Below are positions 1 through 9,126 of a stretch of DNA of 45,690 nucleotides, piece after piece. The stretch is taken from NCBI GenBank assembly GCA_015489315.1, contig WFZZ01000012.1, forward strand, positions 1 to 45,690. Reading direction: 5' to 3'. The notes below the pieces were generated by a model. The model ran no database searches, was not told where the DNA came from, and saw only the letters and a program-made list of their open reading frames with translations. The stretch is from Deltaproteobacteria bacterium. Its GTDB lineage: Bacteria; Desulfobacterota; Dissulfuribacteria; Dissulfuribacterales; QOAL01. The position numbers were made by a program, and so were the translations under genes. Positions within the stretch are counted from its first letter, which is position 1. Every line of letters starts with the position of its first letter.

Positions 1-155
1 ATCAAAAGGCATCCCGATGATTCTGTACACCCAAGATCCTCTGCCCAAAATCCAGAAAGATAAAATCTGTTCTCAGGGCCAAAGATTAATGCTGCATCTA
101 AATCCCTTGCCAACAGTGAACGCCTTAGCCGTTTAATTCTTTTTTCACTCATCAT
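1..155 (-). CDS. Xaa-Pro aminopeptidase / M24 peptidase N-terminus (partial, runs off window edge)
   Basis: Manual translation from ATG 155: MMSEKRIKRLRRSLLARDLDAALIFGPENRFYLSGFWAEDLG..., resembling the creatinase/prolidase N-domain (R...L....LDA..I....N..YLSGF). Not in ORF track. Confidence 0.75.
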   Translation of the reverse strand, partial: MMSEKRIKRLRRSLLARDLDAALIFGPENRFYLSGFWAEDLGCTESSGCLL

Positions 156-400
156 TTCAAAACACCTTTTCCAAAAAAATTACACCATACAATTTTGTCG
201 AAGGGGTGACAATTTTTTCCTGTTGTTTTCCCGAAACTCCTGCTTCAGTATATCTTACTTAATAAGAAAATAAGTAACAAAATTTTGGCCATATTACGTT
301 TATTGAAACCTCATGATGAACTGTTTTTTTACTTAATCACTCTCATACTACGATGTGTAAATTACACTTAAGTCTTTATCCTGAAATTTAGGAGAGATAT

Positions 401-430
401 TTGACTCAAATTCTACACTTATGCTATATT
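401..430 (+). promoter_or_regulatory. Putative sigma70 promoter for the SBP/kinase pair
   Basis: TTGACT (401-406), 18-nt spacer, TG-n-TATATT (425-430) in an AT-rich intergenic region. Confidence 0.4.
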
Positions 431-544
431 TAATTATAAAGATTCTCTAAATTAGAACCGATAAAAAATGTATGAAATCGATTTTATAGAGTAAAAAGGT
501 ATCGGGCTTGTATTTACGCCCCTGGATTGCACAAAGAATCTTTT

Positions 545-1345
545 ATGAAAATAATCAGCTCCTTACTCTTTGCACTGGTTTTAATAATCAACTCTGTCAA
601 CGCGGATGAGTCAAAATGCTTTCACTGGGTAGATGATGAGGATTACCCCCCACTTATTTACCGTGGAGATGACGGGAAACCCGCTGGCATTTTTTACCAA
701 ATAATGACAGAAGCATTTCATCGTATGAATATTCCCCTTAAAGTAGAACTCTATCCCTGGGTTCGTTCTCAGAAGATAGTAGCTGCCGGCAAGGCTGACG
801 GCATGGTTACCATTCTTACTAATGAGAGAAAACCGTTTTTTCTTGCTTCCGATCCCATTCTTCTAGTTTCTGAACATATATTTCTCAACAGAAACAATCC
901 TCGAGTAAAGGAAATAATATCTATACGCTCGTTGAAAGCAATTAAAAAATATAGAGTTGTTGAAACACTCGGTGCGGGTTGGACCAAGGAAAAATTAAAA
1001 GGAGCGGAGATCACCTGGGTTCCAACCTTGGATAGTGCCTTCAAAATGCTCATTAAAAACCGTGCGGACATCTTTATCTTAAATAGTTTTGTTGCGGCAT
1101 TCTTTCTTCAGAAGAAACTAAAGGAAGGAGGCTCAATTTCCAAAGATTACAAAAACATATGTGTCAATCCATATCCCCTGACAATAATTGCCTTTCGTCT
1201 TCTTATCAGAAAGGATTCTCCATTTGTAAAAATACTTGATGGCTTCAATGACACTATTCATCATATGCAAAAGGATGGAACCATCCGGCGTATTATAGAA
1301 GAGTCCCATCTGCCACGCCTTGAAGGAATTCTTAATCAATGGTGA
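545..1345 (+). CDS. Periplasmic substrate-binding protein (amino-acid type, family 3-like)
   Basis: Signal peptide from ATG 545 (MKIISSLLFALVLIINSVNA); YPP..., PW.R, R.D, DGT..RI motifs; overlaps the kinase start. Confidence 0.8.
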   Translation: MKIISSLLFALVLIINSVNADESKCFHWVDDEDYPPLIYRGDDGKPAGIFYQIMTEAFHRMNIPLKVELYPWVRSQKIVAAGKADGMVTILTNERKPFFLASDPILLVSEHIFLNRNNPRVKEIISIRSLKAIKKYRVVETLGAGWTKEKLKGAEITWVPTLDSAFKMLIKNRADIFILNSFVAAFFLQKKLKEGGSISKDYKNICVNPYPLTIIAFRLLIRKDSPFVKILDGFNDTIHHMQKDGTIRRIIEESHLPRLEGILNQW

Positions 1346-3234
1346 GAATGATAGAAATTCCAGAATGGTTTAAGAGTAAAATAGGCAGGTGTTTTGCCAT
1401 TTGTACTATATTGTCAGGGACAATGATGTCCCTGGTAATTTCTATCATCATATCTTATCAGCAATACCAGGAAAGAATCTCTTTTATTAAAAAAGAACTT
1501 GATACTATTGTTACGACTAACAAGTCTTTCATAGAGCAAAGTCTCTGGATAATGGACACTCGTTCATTGAATCTTGTAATGAAGGGTTTTTTGATAAATA
1601 GCGATATTGTTTTTTTTCAAATCACTGATGAAAATGGAAAGATAATTGTACGGAGCGGAAGTCCGGGCAGTGACAACAACATAAAAAAAACTGTTCCTCT
1701 TTATCACCAAGAAAAAGGTAAAAAAATTTTTCTCGGCAAGCTTACAGTTGAGGCATCAAAACGGTCAGCTTTTGCAAAAGCTCGATCTTTAATCTTTATA
1801 ACATTTTTCCAGAACCTACTACTAATGTTTCTCCTCTCTATAGCCATTATTTTCCTGTTCCATCGTCTTATTTCAAGGCATTTAATTGCAATCCAGGAGT
1901 ACACAAAAAGCATCAAATTGGGACTTAAGCAGGAGCCACTTAAACTTGACCGGCCTATTAACAGGTTTACAGAAAATGATGAACTGACAAGTACAGTAAA
2001 TGCCATCAATCTGATGTCCCGCGAGATCTTCGATGCCTATCAGGATCTGGAAAAACAGATAGCAAAACGAATCGAACTTGAACGGCAGCTTCAACAGGCC
2101 CAGAAGATGGAATCCATTGGCAGGCTTGCCGGTGGTGTAGCCCATGATTTTAATAATATTCTCAGCATAATAATAGGTTATTCCGAGCTGCTGCTTGCCC
2201 AGATTCCTCCCTCCGATCCGATATATGACAAAATAAAGGCCATTCATGATGCCAGTAATAAGGCTTCCACTTTGACAAGGCAGTTGTTAGCCTTCAGCCG
2301 GAAACAGGTTCTTAAAAGAGAAGTCATATCCCTAAATACCATCATAAAAGATTTTCTAAAAATTTTGAGCAAGATGGCAGGTGAAGACATAGTCTTTAAA
2401 ACCTATTTGTCTAAAGACAATTGTATTGTGGAGGCCGATCCTGCCCAAATAGAACAGATTCTCATGAACCTAGTAGTTAATGCCAGAGATGCCATGCCCG
2501 ATGGCGGCGAAATAATAATTGAAACCGCTGAGGTTGAACTTGACGAACTTTATACAGAAAAACATAGAGAGGTCAAACCGGGGCGCTACGTTCTCTTGAG
2601 CATCAGTGATACTGGAGAAGGCATGGATGAAGAGGTTATATCAAAGATATTCGACCCGTTTTTTACAACTAAGGAACTGGGCAGGGGTACCGGACTAGGT
2701 CTTGCTACTGTATATGGCATTGTTAAACAGCATGGTGGTTATATTTATGTCTACAGTGAAAAAGGTAAGGGAACAACATTTAAAATATATTTACCAGCCA
2801 GCAATAAGAGTAAAGAAGAGAAACAAGATAACTCTATTAGAGGAAGATTGCCCTCCGGGAATGAAACAATCCTGATTGTTGATGACAATCCGTCCATTTG
2901 TCAACTCATTGAAGATACGCTAAAACCCCTTGGCTATAATTGCCTTAAGGCAACTTCTGGCAAGGAAGCTCTGGATATTCTACATAAATATGACGGGGAA
3001 ATTCACCTATTAATCACGGATGTTGTTATGCCCAAGATGAATGGCAGAGAGCTTGCGAAAGCCATAAGAAAAGAGAGGCCGGGGATCAAGGTCATTTTTA
3101 TATCTGGCTACACTGAAAATATAATTGTCCGACACGGTGTACTTGAAAGGGGTATTCATTATATATCCAAACCAATCACACCTGTTGCATTAACACAGAA
3201 AATCAAAAGTGTACTAAATAAAAATGAAACTTAA
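1339..3234 (+). CDS. Membrane hybrid sensor histidine kinase / response regulator
   Basis: Two TM segments, H-box LAGGVAHDFNN, N-box NLVVNARDAM, G boxes DTGEGM and GTGLGL, C-terminal receiver (IVDD, DVVMP, SKP). Confidence 0.93.
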   Translation: MVRMIEIPEWFKSKIGRCFAICTILSGTMMSLVISIIISYQQYQERISFIKKELDTIVTTNKSFIEQSLWIMDTRSLNLVMKGFLINSDIVFFQITDENGKIIVRSGSPGSDNNIKKTVPLYHQEKGKKIFLGKLTVEASKRSAFAKARSLIFITFFQNLLLMFLLSIAIIFLFHRLISRHLIAIQEYTKSIKLGLKQEPLKLDRPINRFTENDELTSTVNAINLMSREIFDAYQDLEKQIAKRIELERQLQQAQKMESIGRLAGGVAHDFNNILSIIIGYSELLLAQIPPSDPIYDKIKAIHDASNKASTLTRQLLAFSRKQVLKREVISLNTIIKDFLKILSKMAGEDIVFKTYLSKDNCIVEADPAQIEQILMNLVVNARDAMPDGGEIIIETAEVELDELYTEKHREVKPGRYVLLSISDTGEGMDEEVISKIFDPFFTTKELGRGTGLGLATVYGIVKQHGGYIYVYSEKGKGTTFKIYLPASNKSKEEKQDNSIRGRLPSGNETILIVDDNPSICQLIEDTLKPLGYNCLKATSGKEALDILHKYDGEIHLLITDVVMPKMNGRELAKAIRKERPGIKVIFISGYTENIIVRHGVLERGIHYISKPITPVALTQKIKSVLNKNET

Positions 3235-3273
3235 CAAAAGACAAAATTTAACCAAGTGTCAAACACTCTGCAC

Positions 3274-3397
3274 AAAAGAGCCTGTCCAGCAAATGTGGTC
3301 TCTCGACTTTAAAACACAAAATAGAGACTCTTTTTTAATCAGACCATAAACTTAATGTTCCATCTTTAAAAATCGAGTTTGCAGGACAGCCTCTTTT
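3274..3397. mobile_element. MITE-like / IS-end remnant bounded by 20-bp imperfect inverted repeats
   Basis: AAAAGAGCCTGTCCAGCAAA (3274-3293) vs reverse complement of 3378-3397 (AAAAGAGGCTGTCCTGCAAA): 18/20 match. Inner IR 3302-3314 / 3365-3377 (11/13). No transposase. Confidence 0.5.
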
Positions 3398-3416
3398 AAC
3401 TAGAGGAGAAATTAAG

Positions 3417-4712
3417 GTGTTGAATGTAGGTGTGAAATGTCTGGCGGCATCTATATTTGCATCATCTATGCTCTTTGTAAGTAACCTAGCGGGGGCTATA
3501 GGACATTCGTTCGATGGAAATCAAAAAGCAGCAGTAGAAAAATCATCCCCAAAAACATCATCAGAAAATTTTGAAGCAATACTTAAAAACGGAAACTTTT
3601 CAGCCAATCTGAGGCTCTTCTTTATGATTAGAACCTTTGATCATGTTAAACCAGATACAAAGGCGTTAACCGGCGGCGGAATATTAAAGTATGAAAGTGG
3701 AGATTTTCATGGGTTTAAATTTGCCCTTGCATACTATGGAAGCCATAAAATAGGTGGTTTCTTCAGTAGATCAGAGGGGGTAGGAACAAGCCTGCTGCAA
3801 AAAGATGGTGATGATATCCACTTTCTTGGTGAAGCGTATCTGAAATATTTCATTGGCAAAACAACACTAAAGGTCGGTCGCCAAAGATTGGCAACACCAT
3901 TAATTCAAGATAATGAACAAAGAATATTGCCATCTGTTTATGAAGCCGCAATTTTAAGAAATCAGGATATTCCAGATACCATTCTTGAAGCTGGATATGT
4001 AAAGAGTTACAGCGGTTTCGGTTCAAAATTCAGCGGTTTTGATGACAAGGATGCGATATGGGGTAAAGATGGACTTGGATATATTTATTTTAAAAACAGA
4101 AGCATAACTAACCTTGTTGTAAGGGGACAATTCATAAAAACCATATCAGGCAGTGATAATCGGGGAGCGAAAATTGCACTAGATGATTACAAATATATTG
4201 ATCTCAAGTATAGTTTGCCAATAGGTACAAACAGCTATTTTAAAGCTCAATTTGGAGGCAATGCATACAATAGTGCACCCAACTCCACACTGGTTGGTGC
4301 AAAAATAGGAACAACACTGTTTGGGATGGTAGATGTTGCCCTGCTCTATGATAAAATTTCAGGCAATAACTTTGAAACTGTAAACTCAGCTCCAATATAC
4401 ACCGACTTTCAACAAGGTTATGGTTTATATGAACCAAGTACCGCATTTGGCGTACAGACAATTTTAAGACCTCTAAAAGGCTTGAGTGTTGAATTTGGTT
4501 ATGCCAATGTGAGTTCTGATACAAAAAAACTTGTCGATGACTTTTCAGAGTACATTTTGGATCTAAAATATAAAATCAACCATTGGTCAAAATTTAGAAT
4601 CAGAGGCTCTTTAAAAGACCAGAGTGATGCCTCTGAAAACTTATTGGCTGAAAATAGAGGTGGTAGAGAAGATAGAAGCGACCTCAGAATTATATTTTAT
4701 ATAACCTTTTAG
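3417..4712 (+). CDS. OprD-family outer-membrane porin
   Basis: GAGGAG RBS, signal peptide, LGEAY...KVGRQ.L.TP motif, amphipathic beta strands, C-terminal aromatic ending (RIIFYITF). Confidence 0.75.
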   Translation: MLNVGVKCLAASIFASSMLFVSNLAGAIGHSFDGNQKAAVEKSSPKTSSENFEAILKNGNFSANLRLFFMIRTFDHVKPDTKALTGGGILKYESGDFHGFKFALAYYGSHKIGGFFSRSEGVGTSLLQKDGDDIHFLGEAYLKYFIGKTTLKVGRQRLATPLIQDNEQRILPSVYEAAILRNQDIPDTILEAGYVKSYSGFGSKFSGFDDKDAIWGKDGLGYIYFKNRSITNLVVRGQFIKTISGSDNRGAKIALDDYKYIDLKYSLPIGTNSYFKAQFGGNAYNSAPNSTLVGAKIGTTLFGMVDVALLYDKISGNNFETVNSAPIYTDFQQGYGLYEPSTAFGVQTILRPLKGLSVEFGYANVSSDTKKLVDDFSEYILDLKYKINHWSKFRIRGSLKDQSDASENLLAENRGGREDRSDLRIIFYITF

Positions 4713-4906
4713 CATATAGTGGTAGCCACAATTTCAAAGACGGTTTTTTGTATTAATTCGGAGGACATTTTATTTGCCCGTAACATGATGCTCTTTTTAT
4801 CTATATTTTTTAAACAAAAGGTGTTATATTATAGTCAAGAAAGATAAAATGGCATAGATATTGTATAAAATACTGTAAAATAAAACCTTGTCAGGAGGAA
4901 GATTCA

Positions 4907-5494
4907 ATGGAAGTCAGAAACGCAATCCTTTCGTTATTGGTGAGTTCATTTTTCTTAGTCTCATGTGCTTCCCAAAGTGGCTGGACTCCTACTGTTGATC
5001 CAACCACTTCTCCGGCGGCCTATGGAGGGTATCCTCAACAACCCCCTCCACCTCAATATCCTGCACAACAATATCCGCAACAGCAGTATCCTCAGCAATA
5101 TCAGACTCCACCTCCTGCTCCAACTCCACCTGTAACTTATCCCCAGGGAACAGGTTCAACCTATTCCCAGCCAGCCACAACTACTGCCCCTCCCCCGCCT
5201 CCACGCAGAAACTATACCCAGGACCTTACCGAGTGTAAGATGCTTGCCCAAAGGGTTTCAGGCTATACTCCAGGTGAAGCCATTAAGGGCGGTTTAATTG
5301 GTGGGGCCATTGGAGCTGCTGCAGGGGCTGCCATTGGAGCTGCCGTTGGTGATCCAGGGAAAGGAGCTGCAATTGGAGCTGCTGCAGGGGGTATAGGTGG
5401 TGGAACCTATAATGCAGTAGAAGCTGAGAGAAAATACAAACAGGCCTATATTAATTGTATGAGACAAAGGGGCTGGAATGTAATTAATCCTTAA
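4907..5494 (+). CDS. Pro/Gln-rich lipoprotein with glycine-zipper domain
   Basis: Lipobox LVSC, PQQY repeats, GGAIGAAAGAAIGAAVG...GAAIGAAAG zipper flanked by two Cys (D..EC, Y..CM..RG). Confidence 0.8.
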   Translation: MEVRNAILSLLVSSFFLVSCASQSGWTPTVDPTTSPAAYGGYPQQPPPPQYPAQQYPQQQYPQQYQTPPPAPTPPVTYPQGTGSTYSQPATTTAPPPPPRRNYTQDLTECKMLAQRVSGYTPGEAIKGGLIGGAIGAAAGAAIGAAVGDPGKGAAIGAAAGGIGGGTYNAVEAERKYKQAYINCMRQRGWNVINP

Positions 5495-5511
5495 CCTCCA
5501 TCCTCCTCCTT

Positions 5512-5550
5512 AAGGGCCATTGGTTTTTGCCTTTGGCCCTTTTCCCTTTT
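5512..5550 (+). terminator. Putative intrinsic terminator
   Basis: AAGGGCCA (5512-5519) / TGGCCCTT (5534-5541) stem followed by T-rich tail. Confidence 0.55.
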
Positions 5551-5676
5551 AAAAAATTCACAAAATATCCCCAAATTTCAAAAAGAGTAGTTGCAAATCA
5601 TAACTATTGTGCTTTATAAATTACCAATCTAATTTTCCATTCAGTTGGGAGAGGAAAATTTTTTAGGAGGCATTTT

Positions 5677-6318
5677 TTGGTCATGAACACAAGGAGAGAA
5701 TCTTTAGGTCCAATAACAACAATAATGAACGGGGGACTTTTCTTTTTCCAAGAATTTTTAAAACATCCCTTACAAATTGGCTCAATAATCCCGAGCTCTC
5801 AGGCACTGGTTAAAAAGGTGATTCAGGCTGCCAAGGTAGAATCGGCAAAGACCATAGTGGAACTTGGTCCAGGAACTGGCTGTACCACAAAGGCAATTCT
5901 AAAGGCCATGCAACCAGATGCCAAGCTGTTATCAATTGAAATAAATCCCAACTTTCATAAAATAGTAAGTTCCATTGAGGACCAAAGACTTATTGCACAC
6001 CTAGGAGATGCCAGAAAATTGAGTGAAATATTGGAAAAATATGGACTTAAAGCGCCAGAGGCCGTCATTTCCGGCATACCCTTTTCAACCATGAGTGAAG
6101 AATGTGGCTCACAAATAATCCAGGCCATAAATGATGCACTGGCCCCCAATGGAAGATTTGTCGCATACCAGTTGAGCAAACGTGTTATATCTCTTTGTAA
6201 GCCAATAATGGGAAAGGAAAAGGTTCAGCTTGAATTCCTTAATATCCCTCCTATGCGAGTCTGCCTCTGGGAAAAGAAAAATGGAAATGGAAACGGAAAT
6301 AGATGTTCATGTCAATAA
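5677..6318 (+). CDS. Phospholipid N-methyltransferase-like (PmtA-type) class I SAM methyltransferase
   Basis: F...P..IGSIIPSS, VELGPGTG..T, IEIN, GDA, ISGIP motifs. Start could be ATG 5683. Confidence 0.75.
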   Translation: MVMNTRRESLGPITTIMNGGLFFFQEFLKHPLQIGSIIPSSQALVKKVIQAAKVESAKTIVELGPGTGCTTKAILKAMQPDAKLLSIEINPNFHKIVSSIEDQRLIAHLGDARKLSEILEKYGLKAPEAVISGIPFSTMSEECGSQIIQAINDALAPNGRFVAYQLSKRVISLCKPIMGKEKVQLEFLNIPPMRVCLWEKKNGNGNGNRCSCQ

Positions 6319-6353
6319 ATTAAAAATAAAATTATCAGGAGTAATTTTGAAAT

Positions 6354-8291
6354 ATGGGACTGAGTGTAACTGAAAAGATAATTGCAGCTCACATTGTTAA
6401 AGGAAACTTGACACCTGGAGAACCCATTGCCATTAAGATAGATCAAACCCTTACACAGGATGCCACTGGAACCATGGCCTATCTGGAATTTGAAGCCATT
6501 GGCATTGACAGAGTAAAGACAGAGCTCTCCGTAAGCTATGTTGACCATAACCTTTTACAGTCTGATTTTAGAAATGCAGATGATCACAGATTTCTCCAAT
6601 CCATTGCTGCCCGATACGGAATACACTTTTCAAGGCCAGGAAATGGCATCTGCCATCAGGTCCATCTTGAAAGATTTGCAGCCCCTGGAAAGACACTTCT
6701 AGGCTCAGACAGTCACACACCTACTGCTGGTGGATGCGGGATGCTTGCAATTGGAGCAGGTGGTTTGGATGTTGCAATGGCGATGGCCGGACAACCCTTT
6801 CATCTAAACATGCCTGAGGTACTTGGAATTCATCTGACCGGGGAGCTTTCTCCTTGGGTATCTGCCAAGGATGTAATACTTGAGCTATTAAGAAGACTTA
6901 GCGTAAAGGGCGGGGTTGGAAAGGTCCTTGAATATTTCGGACCTGGCGTTAAGACCCTGTCAGTTACAGACAGGGGTGCGATTGCAAACCTTGGAACAGA
7001 GCTAGGGGCAACTGGAACTGTCTTTCCTTCAGATGAAATAACCCTAAAATTTCTTAGGGCCCAGGAAAGAGAAGAAGACTGGAAAGAGCTTCTTCCTGAT
7101 GAAGATGCCAATTATTCTGAAATAATTGAAATTGACCTTTCAAGCCTTGAGCCAATGATAGCCTGTCCTTCGTCCCCGGACAATGTGGTTAAGGTCAAAG
7201 AAGTTTCTGGTAAAGAAGTATCCCAGGTGATAATAGGCTCCTGTGCCAACTCTTCTCTCAGGGATTTAACCATAGCGGCAAAGGCCCTTGAAGGACGAAG
7301 CATAAATCCAAATGTAAGCTTTGAAATTAATCCGGGAAGCCGCCAGGTGTTAGAAAACTCTGATGTATCAGGGGTTCTCAGGACCCTTATTCATGCCGGG
7401 GCGAGAATTCACCAATCAGGCTGCCTTGGATGTATTGGTATGGGTCAGGCCCCTGCAACCGATACAATTTCTCTAAGAACCTTCACTAGGAATTTTCCTG
7501 GGAGAAGCGGGACGAAAAACGATCAAGTCTATCTTTGCAGCCCGGAAACAGCAGTTGCATCTGCGATAACTGGAAAGATAACTGACCCAAGGGAGCTCGG
7601 CGAGGCTCCTAGGGTTGAAATGCCAGAAAAATTCGTGATCAATGACAATGGAATTATTTCGCCTCCTAAAGACGGAGCAAATGTTAAAATAATAAGGGGG
7701 CCAAATATTAAGCCTCTCCCCGATTTTGAGCCTCTGCCAGAAGAACTTGAGGCAAAGGTAGTGTTAAAGGTGGGAGACAATATCACCACTGACCATATAA
7801 TGCCGGCAGGAAGTAAGATCCTTCCCTTAAGAAGTAACGTCCCTGCAATAAGTGAATATGTCTTTTCTGCCATAGACCCGGACTTTCCCAAAAAGGCAAA
7901 GGAATCCGGAAATGTGATAGTAGTTGGTGGAGAAAACTATGGTCAGGGCTCTTCAAGGGAACACGCAGCCCTTGCACCAAGGTATTTAGGTGTTAGAGCA
8001 AAACTTGTAAAGAGTTTTGCAAGGATACACAAGGCAAATCTCATCAACTTTGGCATTGTACCCATGACCTTTGAAGACCCTTCTGACTATGACAAAATCA
8101 GTCAAGATGATACCCTAACCATTCCCGGAATAAGAAATGCCCTTCTTACAGGGGCAAAAACGGTAACTGTTAAGAGCTCGGGTGGCGATACCTTTCAGGC
8201 AAGACTTGAGCTTTCCGAAAGAGATAGATATATCCTTGCAGCTGGAGGCCTTTTAAACTGGGTAAGGGCAGAACTTAAAAAAGATGGATAG
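6354..8291 (+). CDS. Aconitate hydratase (short, about 645 aa type)
   Basis: QDATGTMA, DHN, GSDSHT, GSCANS, CLGCIG Fe-S ligands; swivel domain NITTDHI, GSSREHA. Confidence 0.9.
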   Translation: MGLSVTEKIIAAHIVKGNLTPGEPIAIKIDQTLTQDATGTMAYLEFEAIGIDRVKTELSVSYVDHNLLQSDFRNADDHRFLQSIAARYGIHFSRPGNGICHQVHLERFAAPGKTLLGSDSHTPTAGGCGMLAIGAGGLDVAMAMAGQPFHLNMPEVLGIHLTGELSPWVSAKDVILELLRRLSVKGGVGKVLEYFGPGVKTLSVTDRGAIANLGTELGATGTVFPSDEITLKFLRAQEREEDWKELLPDEDANYSEIIEIDLSSLEPMIACPSSPDNVVKVKEVSGKEVSQVIIGSCANSSLRDLTIAAKALEGRSINPNVSFEINPGSRQVLENSDVSGVLRTLIHAGARIHQSGCLGCIGMGQAPATDTISLRTFTRNFPGRSGTKNDQVYLCSPETAVASAITGKITDPRELGEAPRVEMPEKFVINDNGIISPPKDGANVKIIRGPNIKPLPDFEPLPEELEAKVVLKVGDNITTDHIMPAGSKILPLRSNVPAISEYVFSAIDPDFPKKAKESGNVIVVGGENYGQGSSREHAALAPRYLGVRAKLVKSFARIHKANLINFGIVPMTFEDPSDYDKISQDDTLTIPGIRNALLTGAKTVTVKSSGGDTFQARLELSERDRYILAAGGLLNWVRAELKKDG

Positions 8292-9126
8292 ATTGGATAT
8301 AAGAAATATAACTGCACATACAGCTCTTTATGGAATAATTGGAAAACCTGTAAGGCACAGCCTTAGCCCAGTAATGCACAATGCTGCCTTTAAGGCAATT
8401 GGCATAGATGCGGTTTACCTGGCCTTTGAAACAAAGGATGTAAAAAAGGCCCTTGATGCCATGAAGTGCTTGGATATAAAAGGGTTTTCAGTAACCATTC
8501 CGAACAAAGAAGGTGTAATTGACTATCTTGATGAGATAGACAATGCAGTTGCTAGGATTGGGGCCTGTAATACCATTAAGAATTCAAATGGAAGGCTTTT
8601 CGGGACTAACACCGATTGGCTCGGAGCAGTTGAAGCAATAAGGGAAAAGGCGGATCTTTCCGGCCTTAAGGCCGTGGTGTTAGGAGCCGGGGGCTCCTCC
8701 AGGGCAATCTGCTATGGCCTTTTAAAAAAGGGGGCAGATGTGACCATCTGTAACAGGACATTGGAAAGGGCAGAAAAGATAGCCACGGACTTCGGCTGCA
8801 GGGCAAGGCCCCTTACAGATGCCGCAAATCTTAGAGCAGGCCTCCTGATTAACACAACCTCTGTTGGAATGAGCCCCAATGTGGACGAAATGCCCATACC
8901 CGAACATGCAGTGAAAAACTTTGATATAATAATGGATATAGTTTATTCGCCTCTTGAGACAAAACTTTTAAAGAAGGCAAAAGAAGCAGGGAAAAAAACC
9001 ATAAGTGGCATTGAAATGCTTTTAAATCAGGCTGCCTGGCAATTTGAGTTCTGGACAGGGGAAAAGGCCCCAAGGGACGTGATGAAAGAAGCGCTTTACA
9101 AAACATTAAACGGCAATCATGCATGA
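8284..9126 (+). CDS. aroE: Shikimate dehydrogenase
   Basis: HSLSP.MHN, SVTIP.K, NTD..G, GAGG, NRT motifs. Confidence 0.95.
   Translation: MDRLDIRNITAHTALYGIIGKPVRHSLSPVMHNAAFKAIGIDAVYLAFETKDVKKALDAMKCLDIKGFSVTIPNKEGVIDYLDEIDNAVARIGACNTIKNSNGRLFGTNTDWLGAVEAIREKADLSGLKAVVLGAGGSSRAICYGLLKKGADVTICNRTLERAEKIATDFGCRARPLTDAANLRAGLLINTTSVGMSPNVDEMPIPEHAVKNFDIIMDIVYSPLETKLLKKAKEAGKKTISGIEMLLNQAAWQFEFWTGEKAPRDVMKEALYKTLNGNHA

Noticed and set aside
4850-4866. TGGCATAGATTGT as a sigma54 promoter
   Set aside because: Wrong -24/-12 spacing and no TTGC.
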